From the NCBI GenBank assembly GCA_030668825.1, contig DAOVET010000055.1, positions 1-15,991 of the forward strand: a stretch of DNA of 15,991 nucleotides. The letters run 5' to 3'. Position numbers and translations under genes: made by a program. Every line of letters begins with the position of its first letter. The stretch's first letter is position 1. This document shows, one piece after another, positions 1 to 8,133 of this stretch. This DNA is from Candidatus Heimdallarchaeota archaeon (GTDB lineage Archaea > Asgardarchaeota > Heimdallarchaeia > Heimdallarchaeales > Heimdallarchaeaceae). Below the pieces are notes generated by a model. It ran no database searches. It was not told where the DNA came from and saw only the letters and a list, made by a program, of their open reading frames with translations.

Positions 1-1
1 T

Positions 2-373
2 CCTTTTCTCTCTAGAATCCAAGTTATTAAGAACGAAGTAGAGGGGATTACAATCCCTAAAGTATGTGTTATATGTGGGAAATGCATAGAAGCATGTCCA
101 GAGAAAGCAATATCTAAATCTCCAATAACTGGAGCTATTCAGATAAATGAAGAATTGTGTACCGGGTGTAAAATTTGTGTGGAAGCCTGCCCATTTGATG
201 TTATGAGATTTAATCCAGAGAAGAATATTGCAATAACATGTGATTTATGTGATGGCGACCCGCAATGTGTCAAATACTGCCCTGAAGAAGCACTGCACTT
301 TAAATCAGCAAAGGAATTTGCGGAATATAAAAGAAAGGATTTAGTCGCAGAAAAACCAGAAGTTATTCCCTAG
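2..373 (+). CDS. Multi-[4Fe-4S] electron-transfer protein (DmsB/HydN/CooF-like 4Fe-4S dicluster family), 5'-truncated by the window edge
   Basis: The frame is open from base 2 (PFLSRIQVIKNEVEGITIPKVCVICGKCIEACPEKAISKSPITGAIQINEEL...), so the TTG at 155 is not the start. Motifs: CVICGKCIEACP, CTGCKICVEACP and CDLCDGDPQCVKYCP. Confidence 0.9.
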   Translation, partial: PFLSRIQVIKNEVEGITIPKVCVICGKCIEACPEKAISKSPITGAIQINEELCTGCKICVEACPFDVMRFNPEKNIAITCDLCDGDPQCVKYCPEEALHFKSAKEFAEYKRKDLVAEKPEVIP

Positions 374-414
374 AGAATTTGCTGAAGAGATATTCAATTG
401 TCTTATAAATCCTT

Positions 415-2211
415 TTATTGTTCCTTCAAGGCTTCTTCTACATCACCGAAAAATTCTCTATCTGTGATGTAAAGCTCTCTTTGTTTAGTTATGTCTCGTG
501 CAAATCGTACTCTAAGATAAATATAAAATGTAACAAATGAATTCCAGATTTTTGGTGATAAAGCTTTTAGTTTAATGGAACTATACACTAAGACCCCGAG
601 AATTAGTAACCATGCTGGAATTAGATATCCTCCATAGAGTCTTGCCCAGTTATCCCATTTGTTTGGGTTTGAAGCTCTTTCGAATTCTTCGATATTTGTA
701 AAACCATCTTTATCTGGATCCTCATAAGTACTATTTTCAAGTGGATCCAAGAAATACTCCACCTCCCAGCTATCTAAAAGTAAATCTCCGTCACTGTCAT
801 TTGAGTGTGGGTCTGTTTTATATAAGTTGACTTCAGCAAAATCATTCAGAAAATCCCCATCACTATCTGGACTTCCATGTCGCTGAAAACTTCCTCCATA
901 GGTCCACCAAGAGCTAGTAGAATTGGCTGACTCAAGTAGTTCAAAACAATGGACATCTTTCTTGTTTGCTCTTGATATTATTACTTCTAGTTTGCCATCT
1001 TTGTCAATATCTGCCACCAAGGGAGGATCTGTGTGAATGCCCCCAACTTCCCGAAATAGTAATAATTCCCCCAGATGATTCAATCCCACAAAATTAGCGT
1101 TTCCTTCACTGAAAAGAATCTCCAAAGTTTTATCGTTATCAATATCAATTGCACAAGGACTACCTAGACTGTTTGTAGAATTATATCTCCATTGAAGTTG
1201 TCCGGTTTCATTTAAACAAAAGATGTTTCCTTCACCTGTCAAGGGGTTATAAGCACTAGATATAACCTCTAGACTTCCATCATTATTTATATCAGCAATA
1301 CAGGGATTGAAGTCCATGATATTGCTTCTGTTATTTTGTAATTCCTGAGTATATGACCATTCTATTTCTCCATTATGATCAAAACAATACAGATGAAAAG
1401 TGCTTCCAACTATTATTTCTGCAGTACTGTCTCCATCAAGATCTGCTACTCCAATTAAAGAATCTCCTCTAATTGTGGGTGATATCCATTTCTCTTCACC
1501 TGAAGTAGTAAAGGAATGAAGTTTGTAATCATTTCCGATTAATAAAATATCTAAAATACCATTATTATCAATATCCGCAATGATTGGAGCTGAACCAAAA
1601 AAGAGTGTCCAATATCCTGAATATTGCAATGTTATGTTAAAATAAAATGCAAGTTTTCCTTTTCGATTTAAGACAAAAGGTTGACTTGTAGTTTTTGCTG
1701 TCGAAACAATAATATCTAAATGCATGTCATTATCGATATCAAAAATACAAGGAGTAAAGTCCTCAAGTTCAGAATCTACAATGTATTCCCAAAGTATTGA
1801 TCCCTTGTAATCAACGCAGATTAAAGATGATTCTCCTACGATTAATAAATCAATCTTACCATCTTCATCTAGATCTGCAAAGTTGATTTTTCCAGAAAGT
1901 GTAGTATCTAAATAAAGAGACCAAATTATTATTCCTACATTGTTCAGACAAAAAACAAAGTTGTTTGTCAAAGCTATAATTTCTATATTTCCGTCTCTGT
2001 CAAGGTCAACAAGAGAGGGGGATCCTTTGATGTTTTTACCAAAAGGAGTTGACCATGATGGTCCCAAATATTCTCCTCCTATGACAGTCTCATCAGAACT
2101 ATAAATTGTAACTGGTATACAGAGTACTAATAAGGTAAAAACTAAAACAAAAACAGCTACAAATTTGATTTTAGTTGTTTTTAGTCTATATTTGTACTTT
2201 TTGAGTGGCAC
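415..2211 (-). CDS. Membrane-anchored FG-GAP/PQQ-like repeat (beta-propeller) surface protein with Asp-rich Ca-binding repeats and a C-terminal TM helix
   Basis: N-terminal basic plus hydrophobic segment. About 8 repeats of type DLDRDGNIEII, DIDNNGILDIL, DINNDGSLEVI, with G..W motifs between them. DSDGD/DPDKDG repeats, then a TM helix (YLIPAWLLILGVLVYSSI) and a tail of about 50 aa. The GTG start is supported by TTTTTAA 22 nt upstream. Confidence 0.8.
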   Translation of the reverse strand: MPLKKYKYRLKTTKIKFVAVFVLVFTLLVLCIPVTIYSSDETVIGGEYLGPSWSTPFGKNIKGSPSLVDLDRDGNIEIIALTNNFVFCLNNVGIIIWSLYLDTTLSGKINFADLDEDGKIDLLIVGESSLICVDYKGSILWEYIVDSELEDFTPCIFDIDNDMHLDIIVSTAKTTSQPFVLNRKGKLAFYFNITLQYSGYWTLFFGSAPIIADIDNNGILDILLIGNDYKLHSFTTSGEEKWISPTIRGDSLIGVADLDGDSTAEIIVGSTFHLYCFDHNGEIEWSYTQELQNNRSNIMDFNPCIADINNDGSLEVISSAYNPLTGEGNIFCLNETGQLQWRYNSTNSLGSPCAIDIDNDKTLEILFSEGNANFVGLNHLGELLLFREVGGIHTDPPLVADIDKDGKLEVIISRANKKDVHCFELLESANSTSSWWTYGGSFQRHGSPDSDGDFLNDFAEVNLYKTDPHSNDSDGDLLLDSWEVEYFLDPLENSTYEDPDKDGFTNIEEFERASNPNKWDNWARLYGGYLIPAWLLILGVLVYSSIKLKALSPKIWNSFVTFYIYLRVRFARDITKQRELYITDREFFGDVEEALKEQ

Positions 2212-2262
2212 AATATTGTATTGTATCAGACAGTTAAAAACTTACTCAAAATAACACAGAAA

Positions 2263-2544
2263 TCAATTTCCACCAGCAATTGCGGGCATAAAAGCTATCA
2301 TATCTCCTTCATTTAATATTGTTTTGAATCCCTCTAAAAGATTAATATTTCTACCATTTACAATTATTCGATAGTGTTCTTTAACCTCACCATGGATATC
2401 GAGGAGCTCAGTTTTGAGAATTTCACCGAATTCTTCAAACATCTTATAGAGTAGATTTTCTACAGATGATGCCTCATAAAAGAATTTTTTCTTGCCTATG
2501 ATCTCTTTAATTTTAGTAAAAGTAATAATTTCTATATTCGCCAT
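2263..2544 (-). CDS. MoaD/ThiS/SAMP-family ubiquitin-like (beta-grasp) protein
   Basis: 93 aa with IIVNGRNI...LNEGDMIAFMPAIAGG, typical of MoaD/SAMP1. Ends GG-N-stop. SD-like GTGAG upstream. Confidence 0.88.
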   Translation of the reverse strand: MANIEIITFTKIKEIIGKKKFFYEASSVENLLYKMFEEFGEILKTELLDIHGEVKEHYRIIVNGRNINLLEGFKTILNEGDMIAFMPAIAGGN

Positions 2545-2584
2545 AAATACTCACTTGAATATTATTTCATGATGTGGTTTTTTA

Positions 2585-2848
2585 TTAAGATAAAGATTCT
2601 TCTTCCAGTAAATATAGATTTTTCAGTTCTTCCAGAGCTTCATGCTGATGTAAGTGTTCTAGTTTCTTTGCTGCATCAAAGTGTTCTCCACAAAACCATT
2701 CCATATAAGGCGGATGCTCAACTATCCCTTTCTTTTTAACTCTTTTCTCCCATTTCAAATTAGATTTGGTTTTCTTAAAACTAACAGTCCCTCCTTCTTC
2801 TGCATGATTAAATCTATTTAGACAGATTTCACAAATTGGTGGCTTCAT
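2585..2848 (-). CDS. Small putative Zn-binding protein (CxxC...HPPY..WFCxxH), paralog A
   Basis: 87 aa, MKPPICEIC...HPPYMEWFCGEH. Clear similarity to the adjacent ORF supports coding status. Confidence 0.8.
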   Translation of the reverse strand: MKPPICEICLNRFNHAEEGGTVSFKKTKSNLKWEKRVKKKGIVEHPPYMEWFCGEHFDAAKKLEHLHQHEALEELKNLYLLEEESLS

Positions 2849-2854
2849 CTGAGA

Positions 2855-3103
2855 TTATTCCTCTGCAAATTTTTCTTTTAATATTTCTATAGCTTCTGAT
2901 ATTGTTAAATGTGATAATTCCTTAGCTGCCGCATAGTGTTTGTCACAGAACCAATCTTCATAAGGTGGATGACCAGTTAATCCTTCAACTTTCATAGCTT
3001 TAATCCATCTTTCATCGCTTTTACTTTTCTCGAAGTAAACTAATCCTCCTTTATCTGAATCTCTGAATTCCTTATAACAAATAATGCAAATCGGTGGCTT
3101 CAT
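2855..3103 (-). CDS. Small putative Zn-binding protein (CxxC...HPPY..WFCxxH), paralog B
   Basis: 82 aa from the ATG at 3103 (MKPPICIIC...HPPYEDWFCDKH). This start matches the paralog's N-terminus. TTTTTATAA at 3124-3132 abuts the alternative start at 3124 and lies 20 nt upstream of 3103. Confidence 0.8.
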   Translation of the reverse strand: MKPPICIICYKEFRDSDKGGLVYFEKSKSDERWIKAMKVEGLTGHPPYEDWFCDKHYAAAKELSHLTISEAIEILKEKFAEE

Positions 3104-3123
3104 ACAGTCAACTGAAGTGTTCA

Positions 3124-3137
3124 TTATAAAAATTTTA
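3124..3137 (-). promoter_or_regulatory. BRE/TATA promoter for the tandem Zn-binding protein genes
   Basis: TAAAATTTTTATAA ends 20 nt upstream of the ATG at 3103. Confidence 0.5.
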
Positions 3138-3149
3138 GGGCAAATTTAT

Positions 3150-4034
3150 CTATTCTAATCTCATAGCTCTCCTGATAGCTGTCATTGTTTCTGTTGCCAT
3201 CAATCTATTATTAGAATCTTCATCATTCCTAGCTATTTCTCCTAGAATGTCTATTGCATTTGGATCTTTTAGAATACCGATGTTGCTGATAGCTTCAAAT
3301 CTTACTCTTGGATGATCATCGTCCAAAGCCCTTAAATTTACTTCATAAATCCTAGAATCCTCTATTTCCCCTATATCAATTAGTTTTCTTATTTCTTGCA
3401 AAGCTTGTAATCTAATTTTCCTATCTTGATCATCGTAAGCTTTTATTAAATGAGGAACAGGATTACCTTCAACACGATAAGTTAGAAACTCTACAACAAC
3501 TTCCTTAACTAGCTTATTAGAATCTAGAACATATTTAGCTACAAGGGAAGCTGGAACTTTGATTGGAAATCTTAGTATAGTTGACTTAGCTTCTTCTCTG
3601 ACTGATTCAGTATCATCTTTCAATCTCTTAAATAATGGTTCAATTATAGTTAGGTCATCAAAATTCTTTAACGCTTTAGCTGCGGAATATCTAACTTGAG
3701 GGTGTTCATCATCTAATGTGTGAATAATGAAGGAGAGAGTATCTGGATTTTTATGCTTACCAAAAGAATCAATAGAAGCTTTCCTTACTCCCCAATTTTC
3801 ATCTTCCAATGCTTGAGTTAATGCAATTAAGGCTTGATTATCAACTATATCACCAAGGATTTCTGCTGCATAAATTCTAACTTCGTGGTCAGAATCTTTC
3901 AATGACTGGATTATCTTTTGTTTTGCAATTTCTTCACTTCCAAAAGGAGCTAATTGTTCCAATGCAAGTTGGCGGAGAGCAGGACTTGGATTTTCCAGTA
4001 GTTTAATTATTTTCAATATCTCATCATTTAACAT
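3150..4034 (-). CDS. HEAT-repeat (PBS lyase HEAT-like) protein
   Basis: About 8-9 repeats of type L.D....VR..A...L (LKDSDHEVRIYAAEILG, LEDENWGVRKAS, LDDEHPQVRYSAAKAL, LKDDTESVREEA, LDDDHPRVRFEA). Confidence 0.9.
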   Translation of the reverse strand: MLNDEILKIIKLLENPSPALRQLALEQLAPFGSEEIAKQKIIQSLKDSDHEVRIYAAEILGDIVDNQALIALTQALEDENWGVRKASIDSFGKHKNPDTLSFIIHTLDDEHPQVRYSAAKALKNFDDLTIIEPLFKRLKDDTESVREEAKSTILRFPIKVPASLVAKYVLDSNKLVKEVVVEFLTYRVEGNPVPHLIKAYDDQDRKIRLQALQEIRKLIDIGEIEDSRIYEVNLRALDDDHPRVRFEAISNIGILKDPNAIDILGEIARNDEDSNNRLMATETMTAIRRAMRLE

Positions 4035-4193
4035 CCAAACACTTCAAGTAAACATTTCATGTCAAAACAAAAAACTTTGGTTTTAGGCGTATTATCTAGG
4101 ATTTGGTAATAATTTAAGTACAAACTCTTAAATAAAATTACCCCCACATATTGTATCATTCTCTTACTATCATAATTTCAGAAGGGTGACATT

Positions 4194-5570
4194 ATGCTTA
4201 CAATTAGACAAAAAATCTACTATTCGATATGTAGAATGGGGATTACAATTCTACTGAATGTGGTTTTTGTGGCAACCTTCTGGATGTATACCAATCAAGT
4301 GAATTTAGATCCTGTTCTCAATGGCATAGGCAATGCTATTGGAAAAATAGTAATAGGTTTCTCTTCTGTGGTTGTTGGTATTGTTTCTGATTCTCTATCA
4401 TCAAAATCAAAACTTGGAAGAAGAAAATTCTTTATCTGGACAGGGGCTCCTGCACTAGCTTTTTCATTTGTTATGTTATTTACACCTCAATTTATCATCC
4501 CTTTAGGAAGTCAAACAATGAAGTTTGTCTGGTTATTAATATGGAATTCATTGTTCCATCTATTCTATGGATATCTTGTGATTCCTTATCTATCTTGGAT
4601 GCCTGAAATAACTTCAGAAGATGAAAGAGTTCAGTTATCTGGTTTGATGAATACAGTCAACATAATTGGAGGTGCAATTGGTGCTGGTTTTGTTTTAGTA
4701 ATGTCTGGTTTTATTAGAGACGATCCTCAAGGTATCTATGGTGAAGCTGGAAAATATTTATTGATTTTCGCACTTCTTTTTGCAGTTTTAGAACTTCTAT
4801 TCTTTTTACCAGCATTATTGAAGATTAAGGAAAAGGAAATTGAAACTAAGAAGAAGAAAGCTTGTAGTGAGATAAAAGTTGCACTTCGTAACCGAAATTA
4901 CATGATTTGGGTTGGAGGATTTACCATTCTCAATGTTGGGCTTACTATCGTAGCTGCTTTAATTCTAGATTTTCTGGAAAAGGTTCTAGGCATTGTTAAT
5001 GCTATGGAGAAATTTCTTTTTGGAGCAATAATGCTTTTTGTTTATATACTGAGTTTCCTTTTCTGGGGAAGATTTTCTAAGAAATTTGGTAAGAAATGGT
5101 CATTGATAATTGCTTTCACATGGCTGTTAATTTGGCTACCAATTACTCCACTTGTCGGTAAAATTCCACTTATTCCTCTCATAGTTCAAGGGTATGGTTT
5201 TGGTATTGGGGCTGTATTCGGTGTTTCAGCTGTTTATCTTTTTTCATACGCGATTTTAGCAGACTTTGCTGATAAAGATGAAAGAGAAACTTCTGAAAAT
5301 CGTTCAGGACTCTATACAGGTTTCAAAAGTTTACCTTTCAATATAGCTCAAGCAATTGGATTTGTAGCAGCAGGTTTTGTGCGTGGTTGGACTAAAGTTG
5401 TGGGAAGCGAAACTATAAACATAGGGCTTGTTTGGATGGGTCCTATTTGTGCAATTTTCATATTATTATCTCTTCCAATAATCTGGAAGGGGGACTTTGA
5501 TCCATTTATGAAGGATGAGAAAGTAAAAACAACATCAATTTTCAAGCAGATATTCTCAAAGAAAAATTGA
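4194..5570 (+). CDS. MFS transporter, glycoside-pentoside-hexuronide (MelB-like, MFS_2) family
   Basis: About 11-12 hydrophobic helices. Motifs GIVSDSLSSKSKLGRRK, PYLSWMPEIT..ERV, WGRFSKKFGKK and LADFADKDE...NRSGLYTG. SD GGGTGA just upstream. Confidence 0.88.
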   Translation: MLTIRQKIYYSICRMGITILLNVVFVATFWMYTNQVNLDPVLNGIGNAIGKIVIGFSSVVVGIVSDSLSSKSKLGRRKFFIWTGAPALAFSFVMLFTPQFIIPLGSQTMKFVWLLIWNSLFHLFYGYLVIPYLSWMPEITSEDERVQLSGLMNTVNIIGGAIGAGFVLVMSGFIRDDPQGIYGEAGKYLLIFALLFAVLELLFFLPALLKIKEKEIETKKKKACSEIKVALRNRNYMIWVGGFTILNVGLTIVAALILDFLEKVLGIVNAMEKFLFGAIMLFVYILSFLFWGRFSKKFGKKWSLIIAFTWLLIWLPITPLVGKIPLIPLIVQGYGFGIGAVFGVSAVYLFSYAILADFADKDERETSENRSGLYTGFKSLPFNIAQAIGFVAAGFVRGWTKVVGSETINIGLVWMGPICAIFILLSLPIIWKGDFDPFMKDEKVKTTSIFKQIFSKKN

Positions 5571-5640
5571 AAATTGGGATTTAGATGATTCTAAAGACTA
5601 ATCAATTAATGAATATAGAAAAGTTAAAATTTAATTTAAG

Positions 5641-5680
5641 AAAAAGCTATTGCTTTAATAGAAGAGGAAGAAAAGAAAGG
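5641..5680 (-). terminator. Candidate archaeal U-rich terminator for the small ORF
   Basis: The minus strand reads CCTTTCTTTTCTTCCTCTTCTATTAAAGCAATAGCTTTTT right after the stop. Confidence 0.35.
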
Positions 5681-5803
5681 TTAGTAGTTAAATACACCAT
5701 TTTTTGCAGCTAAAGTTAGTTGATTTATTCTGCTGTAATTATTTTCTAACTCTTGAATTAGTTTCTGATTTTTTGTTTTTCCAGTTTTGATTTTTATTAC
5801 CAT
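5681..5803 (-). CDS. Putative 40-aa small protein (below the ORF-track cutoff)
   Basis: Hand translation gives MVIKIKTGKTKNQKLIQELENNYSRINQLTLAAKNGVFNY*. AGGTG lies 7 nt upstream of the ATG, and a pyrimidine/T-rich tract follows the stop directly. Confidence 0.6.
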   Translation of the reverse strand: MVIKIKTGKTKNQKLIQELENNYSRINQLTLAAKNGVFNY

Positions 5804-5994
5804 TTTTTTGCACCTAATATTACGTAACCACCTCTTTATTAAAGGATTTTTTTAATTAATTAGATTAATGATTAAACTATTTGGTCGAATTGCGTAACTG
5901 GATTCGAACATAATTTAGTTAATTCCTTAAAGATGTTAAGGGAGAAGTGCAAGGCTTTAGCTGAATGGTTAAAGCTCAAAAAATGGCCAGCACA

Positions 5995-6005
5995 CAAACT
6001 TTAAG
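5995..6005 (+). promoter_or_regulatory. BRE/TATA-like promoter of xth
   Basis: CAAACTTTAAG ends 22 nt upstream of the ATG at 6028. Confidence 0.45.
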
Positions 6006-6027
6006 ACGCAAATAATGAAACCAACTT

Positions 6028-6822
6028 ATGAAAGAACTTACCTTGATTTCATGGAATGTGAATGGGATAAGAGCTGTTTCCAAGAAAGAAGTTTTTGAAA
6101 AACTAAAATTTAATGATTGGTTACACAAGGTTTCTCCAGATTTTTTAAGTCTTCAGGAGACTAAAGCACATCCAGAACAATTAACTGGTAAGTTACTAAA
6201 TCCTCAAGGATATCTAAGCAACTGGTCATCAGCTGAAAGAAAGGGATATAGTGGTGTTGTAACTTATTCCAAGGTTAAACCAATAAGAGTAAACACAAAA
6301 TTAACAGTTGAGAGGTTAAATAATGAGGGTAGACTAATTGAAACAGAATTTCCAGACTTTGTTTTATTGAATGTCTATTTTCCAAATGGTAAATTAAATG
6401 CTGAAAGACTCAAATACAAAATGGATTTTTATGAAGTATTCTTGGAGCATGTGATTGATCTAAAAAAACAAGGGAAGTCAGTTATTATCTGTGGAGATGT
6501 TAATACAGCTCACAAAGAAATAGATCTAACTCATCCTAAATCAAATGAAGATACATCAGGCTTTCTTCCAAAGGAAAGAGAATGGATAGATAAGCTAGTT
6601 TCTAGCGGATTTATAGACAGCTTTCGATATTTTAACAAAAAACCTGAACATTATACATGGTGGTCAGTGAGGAATATAGGTGCTAGAGAGAGAAATGTTG
6701 GATGGAGAATAGATTATTTCTTTGTTTCAGAAGATTTGATTGAAAAGGTTACTGAATCTAGTATGCTTTCAGATGTGCTAGGATCAGATCATTGCCCATT
6801 GATTCTAAAACTTAAACTTTGA
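6028..6822 (+). CDS. xth: Exodeoxyribonuclease III / AP endonuclease
   Basis: Motifs SWNVNGIRA, LQETK, KGYSGV, EGR, NVYFPNG, ICGDVNTAH, SGFLPKER, YTWWS, NVGWRIDYF and GSDHCP. Confidence 0.96.
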   Translation: MKELTLISWNVNGIRAVSKKEVFEKLKFNDWLHKVSPDFLSLQETKAHPEQLTGKLLNPQGYLSNWSSAERKGYSGVVTYSKVKPIRVNTKLTVERLNNEGRLIETEFPDFVLLNVYFPNGKLNAERLKYKMDFYEVFLEHVIDLKKQGKSVIICGDVNTAHKEIDLTHPKSNEDTSGFLPKEREWIDKLVSSGFIDSFRYFNKKPEHYTWWSVRNIGARERNVGWRIDYFFVSEDLIEKVTESSMLSDVLGSDHCPLILKLKL

Positions 6823-6825
6823 TGT

Positions 6826-8091
6826 TTAAATTTTTCTTGATTTTATTACCATGAAATGAGGATGCAGTTCGTAATCCATATAGGTGTGTCTAGGAAATTC
6901 TGTGACTAAATTCTCAGAAGGTTTTGGTTCGCTCATTTCTTCAATTATCAGTTTATTTTTTACAAGGACACTGATATAATCACTTACTTTTCTTGGAAAG
7001 TGGAGTAAGGGTGCAAACACTTTACCATATTTTATTAAAACTGGACGTTCATCAAAGTAGTCAAAAATTACTCTAATTTTATCTTCATTTCTTTGACTAT
7101 CTTTAGGAACACGTAATGAAGTAGTTGTTGGCCAAGCAAAACAAGGATGAGTGATACTAAAAACAAACAATCCATCTTTTTTCAAGACCTTTGATATTTG
7201 TTCGATTGTAGTTTTATAGTCGTTGATATCATGCAAAGCCATATTACAAACAACTTTATCAAAAGCCTCTTCCCCAAATTTTCCTATAATCTTTTCAGCA
7301 TTAAGCTTTAGATATTTGATACCTAACTTATCCTTCTCTTCCTTTTTAGTTGCATATGTTATCATATCCGAGACATCTATAGCTGTAACAATTGCTCCAT
7401 TTTTTGCTAAATATCTTGATGTGGTCCCTTCGCCGCAAGCAACATCTAGAATTTTATCACCACTTTCTACATCTATCATTTTGTAGAGACTAGGTAAAAT
7501 CATATATTTGTGGTTGAAATCTCCTCCTTCAGGCCAATTTGCTCCCCAAGTTGGAGCTAGTTCGTCCCACACTTTCTTGGGGTCATACTCTTCTAAACTT
7601 TCAAGTCTTTGAAAATCAGAGATCTTTCCAATTTTCATTATTCTTTGAAAACCCCATGCAGGATGAGGAAATTCCTTTACTTCAGCTTCCTCTGGGTGGA
7701 TTGGCATCCAGACAACTATATCCTCAGAAGGGATTATTTCTCCAGTTTGATAGGGATGAATTCCTTCATATTCTGCGAAATCTAGCCCGGGATTCATTTT
7801 TCCACACTTTTTACATGGGATGTTATAGTAGTAATCATAGATAAGAAAATTCTTCTTAACCATCTTTTCTTCTACGCAGCTAAGACATGTGAATTCTTTA
7901 CAATCAGAACACCAAGAAATTCCATTAAAATGTATCAACTTAACACATTGATTACACTCATATTTCCAATGAAGGAAACAACGAGGTGTGAATGATTTTT
8001 CATCCATAGAAGCGAAATTCACTGGATAATCCTTTGCAAGCTTTGTATATTCAGAACAGTAGAAGCATGTGATATATTCTGAAGAAGACAT
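6826..8091 (-). CDS. Class I SAM-dependent methyltransferase with a Cys-rich N-terminal domain
   Basis: C-terminal domain has ILDVACGEG, VTAIDVS, FDKVVCNMALHDI and LKKDGLFVFSITHPCF. N-terminus has CFYC, CFLH, CNQC, CSDC, CLSC and CKKC. Confidence 0.85.
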   Translation of the reverse strand: MSSSEYITCFYCSEYTKLAKDYPVNFASMDEKSFTPRCFLHWKYECNQCVKLIHFNGISWCSDCKEFTCLSCVEEKMVKKNFLIYDYYYNIPCKKCGKMNPGLDFAEYEGIHPYQTGEIIPSEDIVVWMPIHPEEAEVKEFPHPAWGFQRIMKIGKISDFQRLESLEEYDPKKVWDELAPTWGANWPEGGDFNHKYMILPSLYKMIDVESGDKILDVACGEGTTSRYLAKNGAIVTAIDVSDMITYATKKEEKDKLGIKYLKLNAEKIIGKFGEEAFDKVVCNMALHDINDYKTTIEQISKVLKKDGLFVFSITHPCFAWPTTTSLRVPKDSQRNEDKIRVIFDYFDERPVLIKYGKVFAPLLHFPRKVSDYISVLVKNKLIIEEMSEPKPSENLVTEFPRHTYMDYELHPHFMVIKSRKI

Positions 8092-8113
8092 AATGAAAGA
8101 AAAGAAAACATAG

Positions 8114-8122
8114 TATAAAAAA
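8114..8122 (-). promoter_or_regulatory. Archaeal TATA box of a probably leaderless mRNA
   Basis: TTTTTTATA ends 22 nt upstream of the ATG at 8091. Confidence 0.5.
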
Positions 8123-8133
8123 TACTCTATGCC

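Noticed and set aside
5348-5545. 65-aa minus-strand ORF
   Set aside because: Antisense shadow of the MFS gene with no recognisable motifs.
5881-5915. Minus-strand GTTCGAATCC...CCA resembling a tRNA T-loop and 3' end
   Set aside because: The flanks do not form a T-stem, the spacing to CCA is 15 nt rather than 11, and the D-arm-like motif is on the opposite strand. Not a tRNA gene.
7223-7844. 87-aa and 101-aa plus-strand ORFs
   Set aside because: Antisense to the well-supported methyltransferase gene.
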